Translations under genes and position numbers: made by a program
Shown: piece after piece, positions 44,948 to 55,238 of the stretch
How the letters are laid out: each line of letters opens with the position of its first letter
How positions within the stretch are numbered: the stretch's first letter is position 1
The notes under the pieces: generated by a model
Told to the model about the DNA's origin: nothing
Databases searched by the model: none
What the model saw: only the letters and a program-made list of their open reading frames with translations
Source: Balanoglossus misakiensis
Taxonomy: Eukaryota; Animalia; Hemichordata
DNA: 64,000 bases
Direction of reading: 5' to 3'
NCBI GenBank assembly: GCA_040954595.2
Contig: JBECUI020000044.1
Span: 1 to 64,000 of the forward strand

Positions 44948-45652
44948 GTGCTAAGCCAAAATACAATTAGGTATAAGCAGCCGGGTGTGCGAAGTTATGT
45001 AAAGCGCAGTCGGAAATTGACAAAATTACTGCGTGACGCACTAGATGATTACTGGGATAAACATAGTGTTTGTCGTCATCCCAAGCCCATAGATTTTGAA
45101 TCATTGTTTGGGAGGCGTGCACCCGTCATTATGGATGTTGGTGTCGGTGTGGGCGATACAACAATCGCTCATGCCTTGCTGCACCCGGAGAATAATTACC
45201 TTGCTATTGACGTTCACCTCTCCGGGTTAGCACAACTTCTACGAAAAATAGAAATTCACGGGTTATCTAACATTAAGGTTATCAATGGCGATGTCATTGA
45301 TGTTTTAGAGGAACTGATCCCTCGTCGTTCATTGACCCAGGTTTTTATCTTTTTTCCCGACCCTTGGCCTAAAAAAAGGCATCATAAACGTCGCCTTATT
45401 AATGACAGGTTAATAGAGCTGCTAGGTACGAGAATCATTGCACAAGGCCGTTTACATATCTCAACGGATTGGAAGGATTACGCAATACATATAAAAACAC
45501 TATGCGATTCTGAATCAACATTGATTAACCTTGCCGGCAATGGACGTATCGCCCCACGGCCGAATTGGCGTATTACAACGCGTTATGAAGCAAGAGGATT
45601 AAGACTGGGGCATAGTGTTTTCGATTTTTGTTTTGGTTTTGCCAATCAGTAA
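44948..45652 (+). CDS. trmB: tRNA (guanine-N7)-methyltransferase
   Basis: RSYVKR, FFPDPWPKKRHHKRRL, TDWKDYA, TRYEARG. Confidence 0.93.
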   Translation: MLSQNTIRYKQPGVRSYVKRSRKLTKLLRDALDDYWDKHSVCRHPKPIDFESLFGRRAPVIMDVGVGVGDTTIAHALLHPENNYLAIDVHLSGLAQLLRKIEIHGLSNIKVINGDVIDVLEELIPRRSLTQVFIFFPDPWPKKRHHKRRLINDRLIELLGTRIIAQGRLHISTDWKDYAIHIKTLCDSESTLINLAGNGRIAPRPNWRITTRYEARGLRLGHSVFDFCFGFANQ

Positions 45653-45657
45653 AAAGG

Positions 45658-45730
45658 TGGCCAGGGGCAGAATCGAACTGCCGACACAGGGATTTTCAGT
45701 CCCCTGCTCTACCGGCTGAGCTACCTGGCC
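45658..45730 (-). tRNA. tRNA-Phe (GAA)
   Basis: Reverse complement GGCCAGGTAGCTCAG...GACTGAAAATC...GTTCGATTC...CTGGCCA; followed by CCT rather than CCA. Confidence 0.93.
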
Positions 45731-45798
45731 ATTACATAAAAAATAACTAAAATATGTACCTGTTTAGATAATTTTGTCTTGACGGTCAATGACATCAT

Positions 45799-46065
45799 TT
45801 AACGCTCTGTATATTCTTTCGGTTTTTTAGAGCCTTCCCCAAAGAAAAAATTCTCCATCTCATTTTCAAGAAATTTGCGGTCTTTATGCTCGATGGGTGT
45901 TAAACGATATTCATTTATCAGTATAGTTTGGTGCCGCAACCACATTTGCCATGCTTCCTTTGAAACCTGAACATAAATGCGTTCCCCAATCTTTCCCGGA
46001 TAAGGTGGCGCATCTAATCCTTCTGCTTCCTTATCTAATTTCACGCAATGTATCTTTCGAGTCAT
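45799..46065 (-). CDS. yggX: Fe(II)-trafficking / oxidative damage protection protein
   Basis: [39 protein letters not shown]. Confidence 0.93.
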   Translation of the reverse strand: MTRKIHCVKLDKEAEGLDAPPYPGKIGERIYVQVSKEAWQMWLRHQTILINEYRLTPIEHKDRKFLENEMENFFFGEGSKKPKEYTER

Positions 46066-47147
46066 TTGCAATATTCCTCATCGTTATTTAGCCTTTTAAA
46101 CAAAGACAAAACAGGCACGGGAAGCCCCAAGCGATGTTTCAAGCGAGGGTCATGCCATGTTATGTTTGCTGCGCCATGTATCATACCATTTGAATACCCT
46201 TTTAGCTTTATATGTATAGGCCTAATCAATAGCCTAAAGTGGCTAAAGCTATGCTTGAAGGCCTTGTATTCTATTTGGCTTGCAATGCTAAAGCCATATT
46301 TTTGCTCAAGTCTATTTTTTATGGAAATATTAGGCGAGAATTCGGGAAAACACCATAATTTCCCCCATATACCGTTTGGCGGGCGTTGCTCCAGCAACAC
46401 CTCACTCTTTTCGTTTTCAATAATTGCAAATATCGTTTCTTTGTCAGGAATAGCCGTACTGTTAGATCTTGGAGACGGAAATTCACACTGTCTCGCGGTT
46501 TTTTGAGCAAAGCAATCTTTGTTTAGGGGGCAGCGATTGCAATGTGGAGCAGAACGAGTACAGACTGTTGCTCCCAGGTCCATAATTGCTTGCGTATAGT
46601 CTGCAGGCGACTTTTTCGGGGTGTGTAATTCAGCAAGAGACCAGAGCCTATGTTCAGTCTCTTTCTTATTTGCCCCGCCTAGAACACCATGATAACGGCT
46701 TAATATACGTTTGACATTGCCGTCTAGTATGGGATTACTTTGCCCGTATGCCAGTGCCGAAATTGCAGCCGCTGTGGAACGGCCTATACCAGGAAGACTC
46801 ATCATATTATCTAGGGTGCGAGGGAACCGCCCTTTATGTTCCTTTATGATTATTTTCGCCGCCTTATGCATGTTTCTTGCCCGTGCGTAATACCCTAAAC
46901 CAGACCAGTAATGTAGTACATCGTCTAACTCTGCATCGGCTAATGTTTTTAATCTAGGAAACTGTTTCACAAAACGTTTGAAATACGGAATGACAGTTAT
47001 CACTTGAGTTTGTTGCAACATGATTTCAGAAACCCAGACTCTATAAGGAGTGCGTCTAATCCCCCAAGGTAGATCGTGTCTGCCGTGTTTCTCAAACCAA
47101 ATAAGTACCTGACTAGAGAATCTATCATTCTTGTTATGATCGATCAC
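46062..47147 (-). CDS. mutY: A/G-specific adenine glycosylase
   Basis: [40 protein letters not shown], Cys-X6-Cys-X2-Cys-X5-Cys Fe-S cluster. Confidence 0.96.
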   Translation of the reverse strand: MIDHNKNDRFSSQVLIWFEKHGRHDLPWGIRRTPYRVWVSEIMLQQTQVITVIPYFKRFVKQFPRLKTLADAELDDVLHYWSGLGYYARARNMHKAAKIIIKEHKGRFPRTLDNMMSLPGIGRSTAAAISALAYGQSNPILDGNVKRILSRYHGVLGGANKKETEHRLWSLAELHTPKKSPADYTQAIMDLGATVCTRSAPHCNRCPLNKDCFAQKTARQCEFPSPRSNSTAIPDKETIFAIIENEKSEVLLEQRPPNGIWGKLWCFPEFSPNISIKNRLEQKYGFSIASQIEYKAFKHSFSHFRLLIRPIHIKLKGYSNGMIHGAANITWHDPRLKHRLGLPVPVLSLFKRLNNDEEYCK

Positions 47148-49602
47148 TAGAACAATTCTTTAAGTAATTTTTAGTTTTCTCGACCTGCTCCTTTAGATTG
47201 CCAAGTCCATCGCCTTTTTCCCTTGCCTCATTTTTTGAATCTTGTTTGATTATGTCCGGCAATTCAATGTCAATAAGCTTCTTGCCAAGATCTTCGACCT
47301 TCTTGACGCCTTCTTTTAATATGAAACCTGCTATTGCACCAGCATCAGGCAAACACTTTTTGCTACTGATTTTGCCTCGACACTGTATAGGGATAACATA
47401 GTCCCCCATGCTATAGGCCTTTCCTGTTTCTGTTACACCGTCTTTGTCAATAGTAAGTTGCATATCATATTTCCATGTTTCATCATTTAGATTGATTAGC
47501 ATTCCTTTGCCATTGATCTTGAAAATCGGTGCAAGCATTAGTAGATCATGGTTATCAACAACGCCGTTTTTTATATTCAACGTGGCTGTTAGTGAGTCAA
47601 ATTCAGTCTTCCCTGAAGTATCAATTTTGCCTAAGCGTTTTGTCTTATACATTGCGTTAACTTGATCAAGTATTTTATGGACATCAAACCCGTCAAGCCC
47701 GCCCTTTTTTAACGCTATATTTCCTGTACCGGATAGTTTGCTTTTTAAGGTGTTCATGTCTTTTCCCGAAGAGCGTAGCGAGAGACCAATATTAATATTG
47801 CCAAGCAGGGGAGGCGTATCTACAAGATCGGCCAATAAAGGGGCAAGCTGAACATTATCCAGCTTTGCGTCCACCATTAGATGTGGCGTTTCTCCGCTCG
47901 CATCTAGTCGCAGGTCGCCGGCATAATCTCCTCCATATAACTCTGCTTTAAAAGGCGCTAGTTTTATCTTGCCTTTATCGGCATGAATATGGATGTCCAA
48001 GTCCGAAAGTGTCATACCCGAAACAATAAGCCGATCAATTTCCAGCCCCCCTGTTACCTTCAAATCTCTTAGCATTTTGTTGGGCAATTCAATGACAACA
48101 GGTTTTTCGGGCCCCTTCTTTTTTGCTTTATTAGGCGTAGATGTATTTGTCGCTTGTAACGATAGATAGGGGTCTGCATTTATATTGTCAATACTAGCCT
48201 TAAATTCTATATCCAACGGCAAGAAGCGTTTTATATTGATGTTGCCTTGCAGTTCCGTTTCATCTAGTTTTACCTTTAGTTTCTCTAAGGCAAGGCTGGA
48301 TATGGGTTGTTTGACGTTATTTGTATTTAGCTTGGCATTAAATTTTGTTGCAAGTGAGTATGAGCTTGAGATATTAGCAAGTTGTTTTGTGAGCATCCGA
48401 ATATCTTTTTTGCTTTGCCCCTTAAATTCGGCAGCGATTTTCATCAAGACAGGCAGGTCATCAATATCAATACTAATTTCACCTCCTAAATAAGGTGTTT
48501 CTGACTTGACATCGTGCGCCTCAATCTCTGCGTTAATCTTACTTTTTAGCGTTTCAATGCTTAGTTTATTTATATCTATATGATTGCCGTCATCATCTAC
48601 TTCAAACGAAGCGTGTAAGGCAAATTCTTTTGCATCACTAAACCGGCTAGCAAGCGTATCCATTTTCACCGACTTGAGAAGGCGGCTTAGATCTTTGCTT
48701 GTCAGCTTAACGTCCCCATTAAATTCCTTTGGCGTCCCTTTAAGTAATTCGGAAACGTTTATTTCTCCCGTTATCTCGGCACCAAAAGCGGTTAGATCAG
48801 AGATCTTTATTTGGGTTATATCTTCGTCGAAGTCAATGTCTACCTGCGTATTTAATTTAATCAACGCAGTATTATTATGAAAAGCTCCATTTCTAATATT
48901 TACCCCCAATAACACTGGAGCCAGTATTAGACGATCACCGTTTTTGTCATATGTGGCGGTGGCCTTGAGTTCAACTGCAGCAGATACCGCAGGATCTGAG
49001 ACTGCTACATTTAAGAGGGCAGTCATTGTCATAGGCGTATCCAGAGCCAATGCGCTTGTACTGATATTTATATCAGTAATTTTATACTCTACATCTTGTT
49101 GCAGATCACGCCAATAGACATTGGCATTCTTTATATCAATTCCGCCAAGCACTAATGCTTGCAGCGGATTATCCCCATCACTTGTCTCGGCACCATTTTG
49201 CGCCCCGATTAAATCGTCCCAATTATTTACCCCATTATGGTTCCTGCTAAGACGGAGCGTTGCATCATGTAACACTAAGGTGTCCATTTCCAGTTTTCCC
49301 GTTAGGAGGGGTAGTAGTTTTGCGCGCACCCTGACAGTCTTTGTTTCTAACAAAGGACCGCCCCCAAACCCGGCGGCATCACTTAGACTAATCCCCTCAA
49401 TATCAAGTGCCAACCAAGGGTAAAAGTGGACGTCTATATCGCCGTCAATATGTAGATCACGCCCTGTCTCTTCTTTTACTTTATGAACAATCCACTGTTT
49501 ATAATCATTAGGGTTAATGGATGTTAATATGATCGCCGAGATGCCGATAACAAATATAACCAAAAAAATAAATATAAAACCTAATTTAATGAGCCCTTTC
49601 AT
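47134..49602 (-). CDS. asmA: AsmA family protein
   Basis: N-terminal TM, NPNDYK..TGRDL.IDG, RAKLLPLL, NNWDDL, LYGG, TEFDSLTA; usual asmA-mutY-yggX order. Confidence 0.85.
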   Translation of the reverse strand: MKGLIKLGFIFIFLVIFVIGISAIILTSINPNDYKQWIVHKVKEETGRDLHIDGDIDVHFYPWLALDIEGISLSDAAGFGGGPLLETKTVRVRAKLLPLLTGKLEMDTLVLHDATLRLSRNHNGVNNWDDLIGAQNGAETSDGDNPLQALVLGGIDIKNANVYWRDLQQDVEYKITDINISTSALALDTPMTMTALLNVAVSDPAVSAAVELKATATYDKNGDRLILAPVLLGVNIRNGAFHNNTALIKLNTQVDIDFDEDITQIKISDLTAFGAEITGEINVSELLKGTPKEFNGDVKLTSKDLSRLLKSVKMDTLASRFSDAKEFALHASFEVDDDGNHIDINKLSIETLKSKINAEIEAHDVKSETPYLGGEISIDIDDLPVLMKIAAEFKGQSKKDIRMLTKQLANISSSYSLATKFNAKLNTNNVKQPISSLALEKLKVKLDETELQGNINIKRFLPLDIEFKASIDNINADPYLSLQATNTSTPNKAKKKGPEKPVVIELPNKMLRDLKVTGGLEIDRLIVSGMTLSDLDIHIHADKGKIKLAPFKAELYGGDYAGDLRLDASGETPHLMVDAKLDNVQLAPLLADLVDTPPLLGNINIGLSLRSSGKDMNTLKSKLSGTGNIALKKGGLDGFDVHKILDQVNAMYKTKRLGKIDTSGKTEFDSLTATLNIKNGVVDNHDLLMLAPIFKINGKGMLINLNDETWKYDMQLTIDKDGVTETGKAYSMGDYVIPIQCRGKISSKKCLPDAGAIAGFILKEGVKKVEDLGKKLIDIELPDIIKQDSKNEAREKGDGLGNLKEQVEKTKNYLKNCSSDRS

Positions 49603-49630
49603 TTTTTGCTACCCCTTTGCGTTATGCGTG

Positions 49631-51031
49631 TTAGATTTCATTCATTCTTTTGGTGAGACGAGCAATTGCTTTCTCAACTTGCTTGGGGGAGGTGCCGCCG
49701 ATATGATCGCGAGAAGAAACAGACCCCTCCGGTGTTAGGAGGGCGAAGACATCATCATTTATCTTTGGGCTAAATCGCCGAAGCTCAGATAAACTAATCG
49801 AAGACAAATCTTTATTATTTTCGATTGCATGTCGGACGATTTTCCCGACTATTTCGTGGGCATCTCGAAAGGCAATCCCATTGCGCACCAGATAGTCTGC
49901 TAAGTCGGTTGCTGTAGAAAAGCCTTTTGTTGCGGCTCGGTATAAGACTGTTTTATCAAGCGTAATTGTAGGTAACAACCCGATATAGGCGTCAAGGCAG
50001 GATTTTACCGTATCGATAGCCTCAAACAGGCATTTCTTGTCTTCTTGGTTGTCCCTGTTATACGACAAGGGTTGCCCCTTCATCAGGGTCAATAGCGCCA
50101 TGAGCTCTCCAAATACCCTGCCTGTTTTCCCCCTTACTAATTCAGGTATATCCGGATTTTTTTTCTGGGGCATAATTGATGAACCTGTGCACCATGCCTC
50201 ACCTAAATCCACAAAACCATTCGCTGATGACATCCATTCAATTAATTCTTCAGAAAAACGAGATAAATGCATCATGATAAGGCTTGCGCAACTTAAAAAC
50301 TCTATTGCAAAATCTCGGTCGCTCACCGCGTCTAGTGAATTCTCGGCAACCCTGTCGAATCCCAAAATTTCTGCAGTATATTGACGGTCTATTGGGTAAG
50401 AAGTGCCCGCCAGTGCACCTGATCCAAGAGGCGATACATTTAGTCTCTTGTGGCAATCCTTGAGTCGTCCCAGGTCGCGGATAAGCATCTCCACCCAAGC
50501 CAAAATATGATGCCCAAAGGTGACCGGTTGGGCTGATTGTAAATGGGTAAGGCCGGGCATGATGGTATCGGTGTGGGCAGAGGCAAGTTTTAGTAGAACA
50601 TTTAGCAATGCCTTTATCTTTTGACGGATAAGATCAATCTCATCTCGCAAATATAAGCGTATATCGGTAGCAATTTGATCATTCCTAGAGCGCGCAGTAT
50701 GCAGCTTTTTGCCCACTTCACCAATGTTGTGTATTAGGGCGGCTTCAATATTCATGTGCACGTCTTCTAGTTTGCTTGACCATTGCATGCGATTTGCTTT
50801 GATATCAAGTGCAATTTTCTCTAATCCTTTGACAATTTTCACGCTTTCTTGTTGGGTTACGATTCCGACTTTTGCCAACATGCGTACGTGTGCGATTGAA
50901 GCCTTGATATCGTAATGGGCTAGACGTTTATCATAAGAGATCGACTCCGTAAACTGCTCAACAAAGACATTCGTTGGCACGGCAAATCGCCCCCCCCAAG
51001 GTTTTTCCATATCATTTTCTATGCCATTCAT
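49631..51031 (-). CDS. argH: Argininosuccinate lyase
   Basis: [35 protein letters not shown]. Confidence 0.97.
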   Translation of the reverse strand: MNGIENDMEKPWGGRFAVPTNVFVEQFTESISYDKRLAHYDIKASIAHVRMLAKVGIVTQQESVKIVKGLEKIALDIKANRMQWSSKLEDVHMNIEAALIHNIGEVGKKLHTARSRNDQIATDIRLYLRDEIDLIRQKIKALLNVLLKLASAHTDTIMPGLTHLQSAQPVTFGHHILAWVEMLIRDLGRLKDCHKRLNVSPLGSGALAGTSYPIDRQYTAEILGFDRVAENSLDAVSDRDFAIEFLSCASLIMMHLSRFSEELIEWMSSANGFVDLGEAWCTGSSIMPQKKNPDIPELVRGKTGRVFGELMALLTLMKGQPLSYNRDNQEDKKCLFEAIDTVKSCLDAYIGLLPTITLDKTVLYRAATKGFSTATDLADYLVRNGIAFRDAHEIVGKIVRHAIENNKDLSSISLSELRRFSPKINDDVFALLTPEGSVSSRDHIGGTSPKQVEKAIARLTKRMNEI

Positions 51032-51086
51032 AATATAATCTATATCCGCTTAGATTGGGATTAATCCTAATGCATGTGGCATAAAT

Positions 51087-52154
51087 ATGCTAGAAAAAAA
51101 CAATCAAAACAAAGTAAACTTTCTCCCCAACTTTTGTAAAGCAGAAGTCTTATTCATTGTTATCCTTAGCGCGGAATTTCTTGCAATCATATTGTCTTTC
51201 GCCTCTTTGCCATATACCTCTAATGCCTTGCATGACCTGGCGGTCAATTCTTTATTTATTCAATGGGTAGCTCTTAGTTGTGCCGGGTTGCTCTGTCTCT
51301 TTAGACAATATATTGCAAGTTTACGTAAACAGGCCGCCGTTCTTTTTAGCTATATACTGATAATAATCATTACATTTGTTATTGCCGAACTCGCTTGGCG
51401 ATTTTTGTATGTTTATCCGAATGCAGACGTTTTAACCCAGTATCAATATGTTATTTTTCTGTTGCGCCCGGTAGGGATTGCGGCAATTGTAGGCGCGATT
51501 GTATTACGCTATTTTTATGTACAGCACCAGTGGCGGGTTAATGTGGAAGCCGTTGCGAATGCCCGTTACCAGGTACTACAATCTAAAATACGCCCTCATT
51601 TTTTATTCAATTGCATGAATACCGTGGCAAGTTTGATACACAAGTCTCCGGATTTAGCGGAACGAACCATTGAGGATATAGCAGAACTTTTGCGTACAAA
51701 TTTATGGGCATCAAACGATTTATGCAAAATTACAGAAGAGATACAACTATGTTTGCGTTATCTGCGAATAGAAAAGCATCGTTTAGGAGAACGATTGCAT
51801 ATTGAATGGGATATTGAATCATTGCCCAAAGATGCCTTGCTCCCTCCCTTGTGCCTGCAGCCGCTACTTGAAAACGCAGTCTATCATGGCATAGAAAGAT
51901 TGCCGGAAGGAGGCATTATCTCTATAACCGGAAAATTGCTAGGTGGTAAAATACATATGAGTTTTAGCAATCCAACCTTATCTACTGCTATTAAAACCGA
52001 ACGCGAAAGAAATAAACAAGCACTGGAGAATATTGGCCAGAGATTGGACGCGGTATTTGGTGATGAGGGCAAGATAAGCATTGATAGTACAGATGACCGT
52101 TTTCAAGTGGTATTCAGGATTCCTTATAAGGCTTATGAAGATACTAATCGTTGA
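51087..52154 (+). CDS. algZ: LytS-type sensor kinase, AlgZ/FimS
   Basis: FLPNFC N-terminus, TM segments, LQSKIRPHFLFN, LQPLLENAVYHG; divergent from argH as in Pseudomonas. Confidence 0.88.
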   Translation: MLEKNNQNKVNFLPNFCKAEVLFIVILSAEFLAIILSFASLPYTSNALHDLAVNSLFIQWVALSCAGLLCLFRQYIASLRKQAAVLFSYILIIIITFVIAELAWRFLYVYPNADVLTQYQYVIFLLRPVGIAAIVGAIVLRYFYVQHQWRVNVEAVANARYQVLQSKIRPHFLFNCMNTVASLIHKSPDLAERTIEDIAELLRTNLWASNDLCKITEEIQLCLRYLRIEKHRLGERLHIEWDIESLPKDALLPPLCLQPLLENAVYHGIERLPEGGIISITGKLLGGKIHMSFSNPTLSTAIKTERERNKQALENIGQRLDAVFGDEGKISIDSTDDRFQVVFRIPYKAYEDTNR

Positions 52155-52872
52155 TGATGAGGCATTAGCACGTGCACGCTTGCACAACATTGTCCTTGAT
52201 TTCTTTCCGGATGCTTGTGTTGATGAGGCTTCTAATGGCTTGGAAGCGCTAGATAAGATTAACGCATGCATTCCCGATATTGTTTTGCTAGATATACGGA
52301 TGCCCGGCCTAGATGGGTTGGAGCTAGCCGGACATTTGTTGCATTTGACGACACTGCCGTCTGTTATCTTTACAACCGCCTATCAGGAGCATGCCTTGCG
52401 CGCGTTTGAGGTGCATGCTGTTGACTACCTACTTAAACCAGTGCGAAGAGAACGACTCAAAGAAGCGATACAACGTGCCGCCACTATCAGTCGCGCTAAA
52501 ATAAATAGCCTCAACAAGACAACAGGATTTAAGTCAGCACGTTCGCATTTAAGCGTAATGTGGCGGGGCAATATCCAATTAATCCCTATTGAGAGCATCC
52601 ATTATTTTAAGGCGGATCAGAAGTATGTTGTAGCCGTTTGGCCTGATAATGAAATATTGATAAGTGAATCCCTCGTATCATTAGAATCAGAATTCTCAGA
52701 CTACTTTATTCGCATCCATCGCAATGCGCTAGTCGCTACACGCTATATTGATGCACTATATAAAAATACGGATGGACAGTACGTTATTCGATTAGCGAAT
52801 CTATCTGTTGATTTAGCTGTTAGTCGACGGCATCTGGCAAGAGTAAAGAGGATTATTAAGAAACAGGTGTGA
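52135..52872 (+). CDS. algR: LytTR-family response regulator AlgR
   Basis: MKILIVDDEALAR, LDIRMPG, DYLLKP, YFKADQKYV, RIHRNALV, VSRRH. Confidence 0.9.
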   Translation: MKILIVDDEALARARLHNIVLDFFPDACVDEASNGLEALDKINACIPDIVLLDIRMPGLDGLELAGHLLHLTTLPSVIFTTAYQEHALRAFEVHAVDYLLKPVRRERLKEAIQRAATISRAKINSLNKTTGFKSARSHLSVMWRGNIQLIPIESIHYFKADQKYVVAVWPDNEILISESLVSLESEFSDYFIRIHRNALVATRYIDALYKNTDGQYVIRLANLSVDLAVSRRHLARVKRIIKKQV

Positions 52873-54154
52873 TTTCGTGAGCAGCGGCAAGCAGGGCTAA
52901 GCGTGTTATAACGCTGTAAGTATAAAAGCGATTTTGATGGTGATAGCTATGAGACTGCTCCGGATTGGGTGAGATATCGCAATCATCAAAGGTTAGCGGC
53001 TTAAAGCGCATGCCAGGAGAGTTTAGGTTTTGGGTTGCTGACCGCTTGGAATGCACGCGATAAAACCCGCCAATGACTTTACTTCCAAATGTATAGATTA
53101 CCGGCTCTGCAACAGTTTCTTGCTTTCCCCAAATTTCATGCGTATATATTCCTTCTTGAATAATGACCCGACTTATTTTTTTGCTTTCCTTTGTTGTCGC
53201 CATACGTGTTCTTTCTTTACGGTTTAATGTGGCGATTTCCTCTGCACTGCGCACGGTCATTACCCCCATACCGTAAGTTCCCGCATCCGCTTTCACAACA
53301 ACAAATGGCTCGCTATCCACATTATATTCTTTGTATTTAGCACGTATGGCCTGTAGCAAGAATTCTGTATTTCTTGATAAGCAATCAACTCCTTGGCGTT
53401 TCATAAAATCAACCTCGCCGCAGTTGCGGAATATGGGATTTATCAACCATTGATCAATGTCGAGCATGTCGGCGAATTCTCGTGCGACTTGTTGATAGAA
53501 GGTGAAATAATTAGATTTCAGCCTACTTGACCAACCAAGATGCATGGGCGGTACTATGGGTTGCTTGATGTTGTCCAATATATTAGGCCTGCCGGCAGAT
53601 AAATCATTGTTTAGCAATATAAGGTCAGGTACAAAACCATCTACAAACACAAGATCTCGTTCCCTTTTGATCGGTTCTAACGATACCGCACGCGCATCGC
53701 CAAGTTTAATACAGCTTGATTCTGCCCCATCCTGTGATAGGCTGCCAACCCTAGTCTTAAATCCTGCCTTGTTAATAATCGATTGCAGGGAAGCGATATT
53801 TTCCATGTAAAATAAGTTGCGTGTGTGGTTTTCAGGGACGATAAGTATTTTATCAATGGGCATCTTTATGTGTTCAATGGCCATTTGCAACGCTTGTACA
53901 TAAAATGGCTCAAACGACACACTAAGATTATTAAATCCTGCGGGGAATAAATTAGTGTCTATCGGCGCTATCTTATAGCCTGCGTTGCGTAGGTCGATGG
54001 AAGCATAAAACGGAGCTTGCATTGCTTGCCAAGCGTTTCTAAACCAAGCTTCAATAGCGGTCTGATTATCAAGCATTAAGCGTTCCAGATTCTGGAAAGG
54101 ACTTACCAGTGTGGTTGTTAGACCACGAAGGTTGCAGCCTTTGTCAATATTCAT
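52856..54154 (-). CDS. gshA: Glutamate--cysteine ligase (ATP-grasp GshA type)
   Basis: PFYASIDLRNAGYKIAPIDTNLFPAGFNNL, PENHTRN, LLNNDLS, VKADAGTYGMG, GGFYRVH. Confidence 0.92.
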   Translation of the reverse strand: MNIDKGCNLRGLTTTLVSPFQNLERLMLDNQTAIEAWFRNAWQAMQAPFYASIDLRNAGYKIAPIDTNLFPAGFNNLSVSFEPFYVQALQMAIEHIKMPIDKILIVPENHTRNLFYMENIASLQSIINKAGFKTRVGSLSQDGAESSCIKLGDARAVSLEPIKRERDLVFVDGFVPDLILLNNDLSAGRPNILDNIKQPIVPPMHLGWSSRLKSNYFTFYQQVAREFADMLDIDQWLINPIFRNCGEVDFMKRQGVDCLSRNTEFLLQAIRAKYKEYNVDSEPFVVVKADAGTYGMGVMTVRSAEEIATLNRKERTRMATTKESKKISRVIIQEGIYTHEIWGKQETVAEPVIYTFGSKVIGGFYRVHSKRSATQNLNSPGMRFKPLTFDDCDISPNPEQSHSYHHQNRFYTYSVITRLALLAAAHEITPVS

Positions 54155-54424
54155 AAGGTTTACGATAATTAAGCATGCAGGCGGACATGGTAGCATAGTG
54201 CTTAAGATTTGGGCATATCCTTCTTTAGGTCTTTAGTAAGCTAAGATCTATCTTAACGCTTGTTTTTAGGGTTCCAGTATCAATGACCAGCCATTGATTT
54301 GGCCACAGAATGGATTCGCATTATTTACCCAAAGAGTGTATGGTCATTTGCTAATGGGCGATTTTTGCTGCCTTAATAATTTGAAGGTAACAGTTACTTA
54401 ATTATCACATACGGCAATAAGACA

Positions 54425-54737
54425 ATGCGGCATGCAAAGTTTGCAATAGGACAGATTATCCGTCATAGGCTTTTTGGTTATCGAGGGGTAATTTTTTGAT
54501 GTCGACCCTGTTTTTAGCGGTACAGATGAATGGTATAGCAAGGTAGCTAAATCACAGCCCCCAAAGGATAAGCCTTGGTATCATGTGTTAATGGACAATT
54601 CACAGCATACGACCTATGTTGCCGAAGATAATATGGGGCTTGACGATTCCACTTTGGCCATACAGCACCCTTTAATTGAGCACTATTTTAAAGACTTTAT
54701 TGATGGTCGTTATTCTTCAGCTAATATGAACAACTAG
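54425..54737 (+). CDS. hspQ: Heat shock protein HspQ (YccV-like); +1 frameshift in a T run near 54505; absent from the ORF track
   Basis: Manual translation MRHAKFAIGQIIRHRLFGYRGVI(F)DVDPVFSGTDEWY...PWYHVL....TTYVAE...HP. Confidence 0.88.
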
Positions 54738-54744
54738 TCTTTTT

Positions 54745-55203
54745 ATGGAAAAGAGTATAAAAGATTACTTTGCAAGCCTATTTCAAAATGGGCCTGAGGG
54801 TAATACATCCGCGCCGTTTGGCAGGGTTGAACTTGCTACCGCTTTATTAATGATTGAAATTAGTATGGCAGATGAACGTATTCAGGAAGAAGAGCGCCAA
54901 TTAGTAAAGCGTTTATTGACGGAGAATTTTAATTTATCAGAGAGTAAAGTTGAAGAATTGATAGGCTTAGCGGAGAAAGAACATGGTGATGCTGTATCTT
55001 TATACGAATATACGCGCCTATTGAATAACAATCTTTCTTCAGACGAAAAAATTAATATCATTGAATATCTATGGCAGATAGCTTATGCCGATACTGTGAT
55101 AGATAAATATGAAGAATACTACATAAGAAAGATTGCAGATTTGCTGTATGTTGCCCATGCAGACTATGTTCGGGTCAAGTTAAAGGCGTCTTGTAGAGGG
55201 TAA
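54745..55203 (+). CDS. TerB-family (tellurite resistance-like) protein
   Basis: LATALLMIEISMAD, SLYEYTRLLN, LWQIAYAD, EEYYIRKIADLL. Confidence 0.85.
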   Translation: MEKSIKDYFASLFQNGPEGNTSAPFGRVELATALLMIEISMADERIQEEERQLVKRLLTENFNLSESKVEELIGLAEKEHGDAVSLYEYTRLLNNNLSSDEKINIIEYLWQIAYADTVIDKYEEYYIRKIADLLYVAHADYVRVKLKASCRG

Positions 55204-55238
55204 AGCGCGCTACGTTACATGGGCAGTATCTTCGGATG

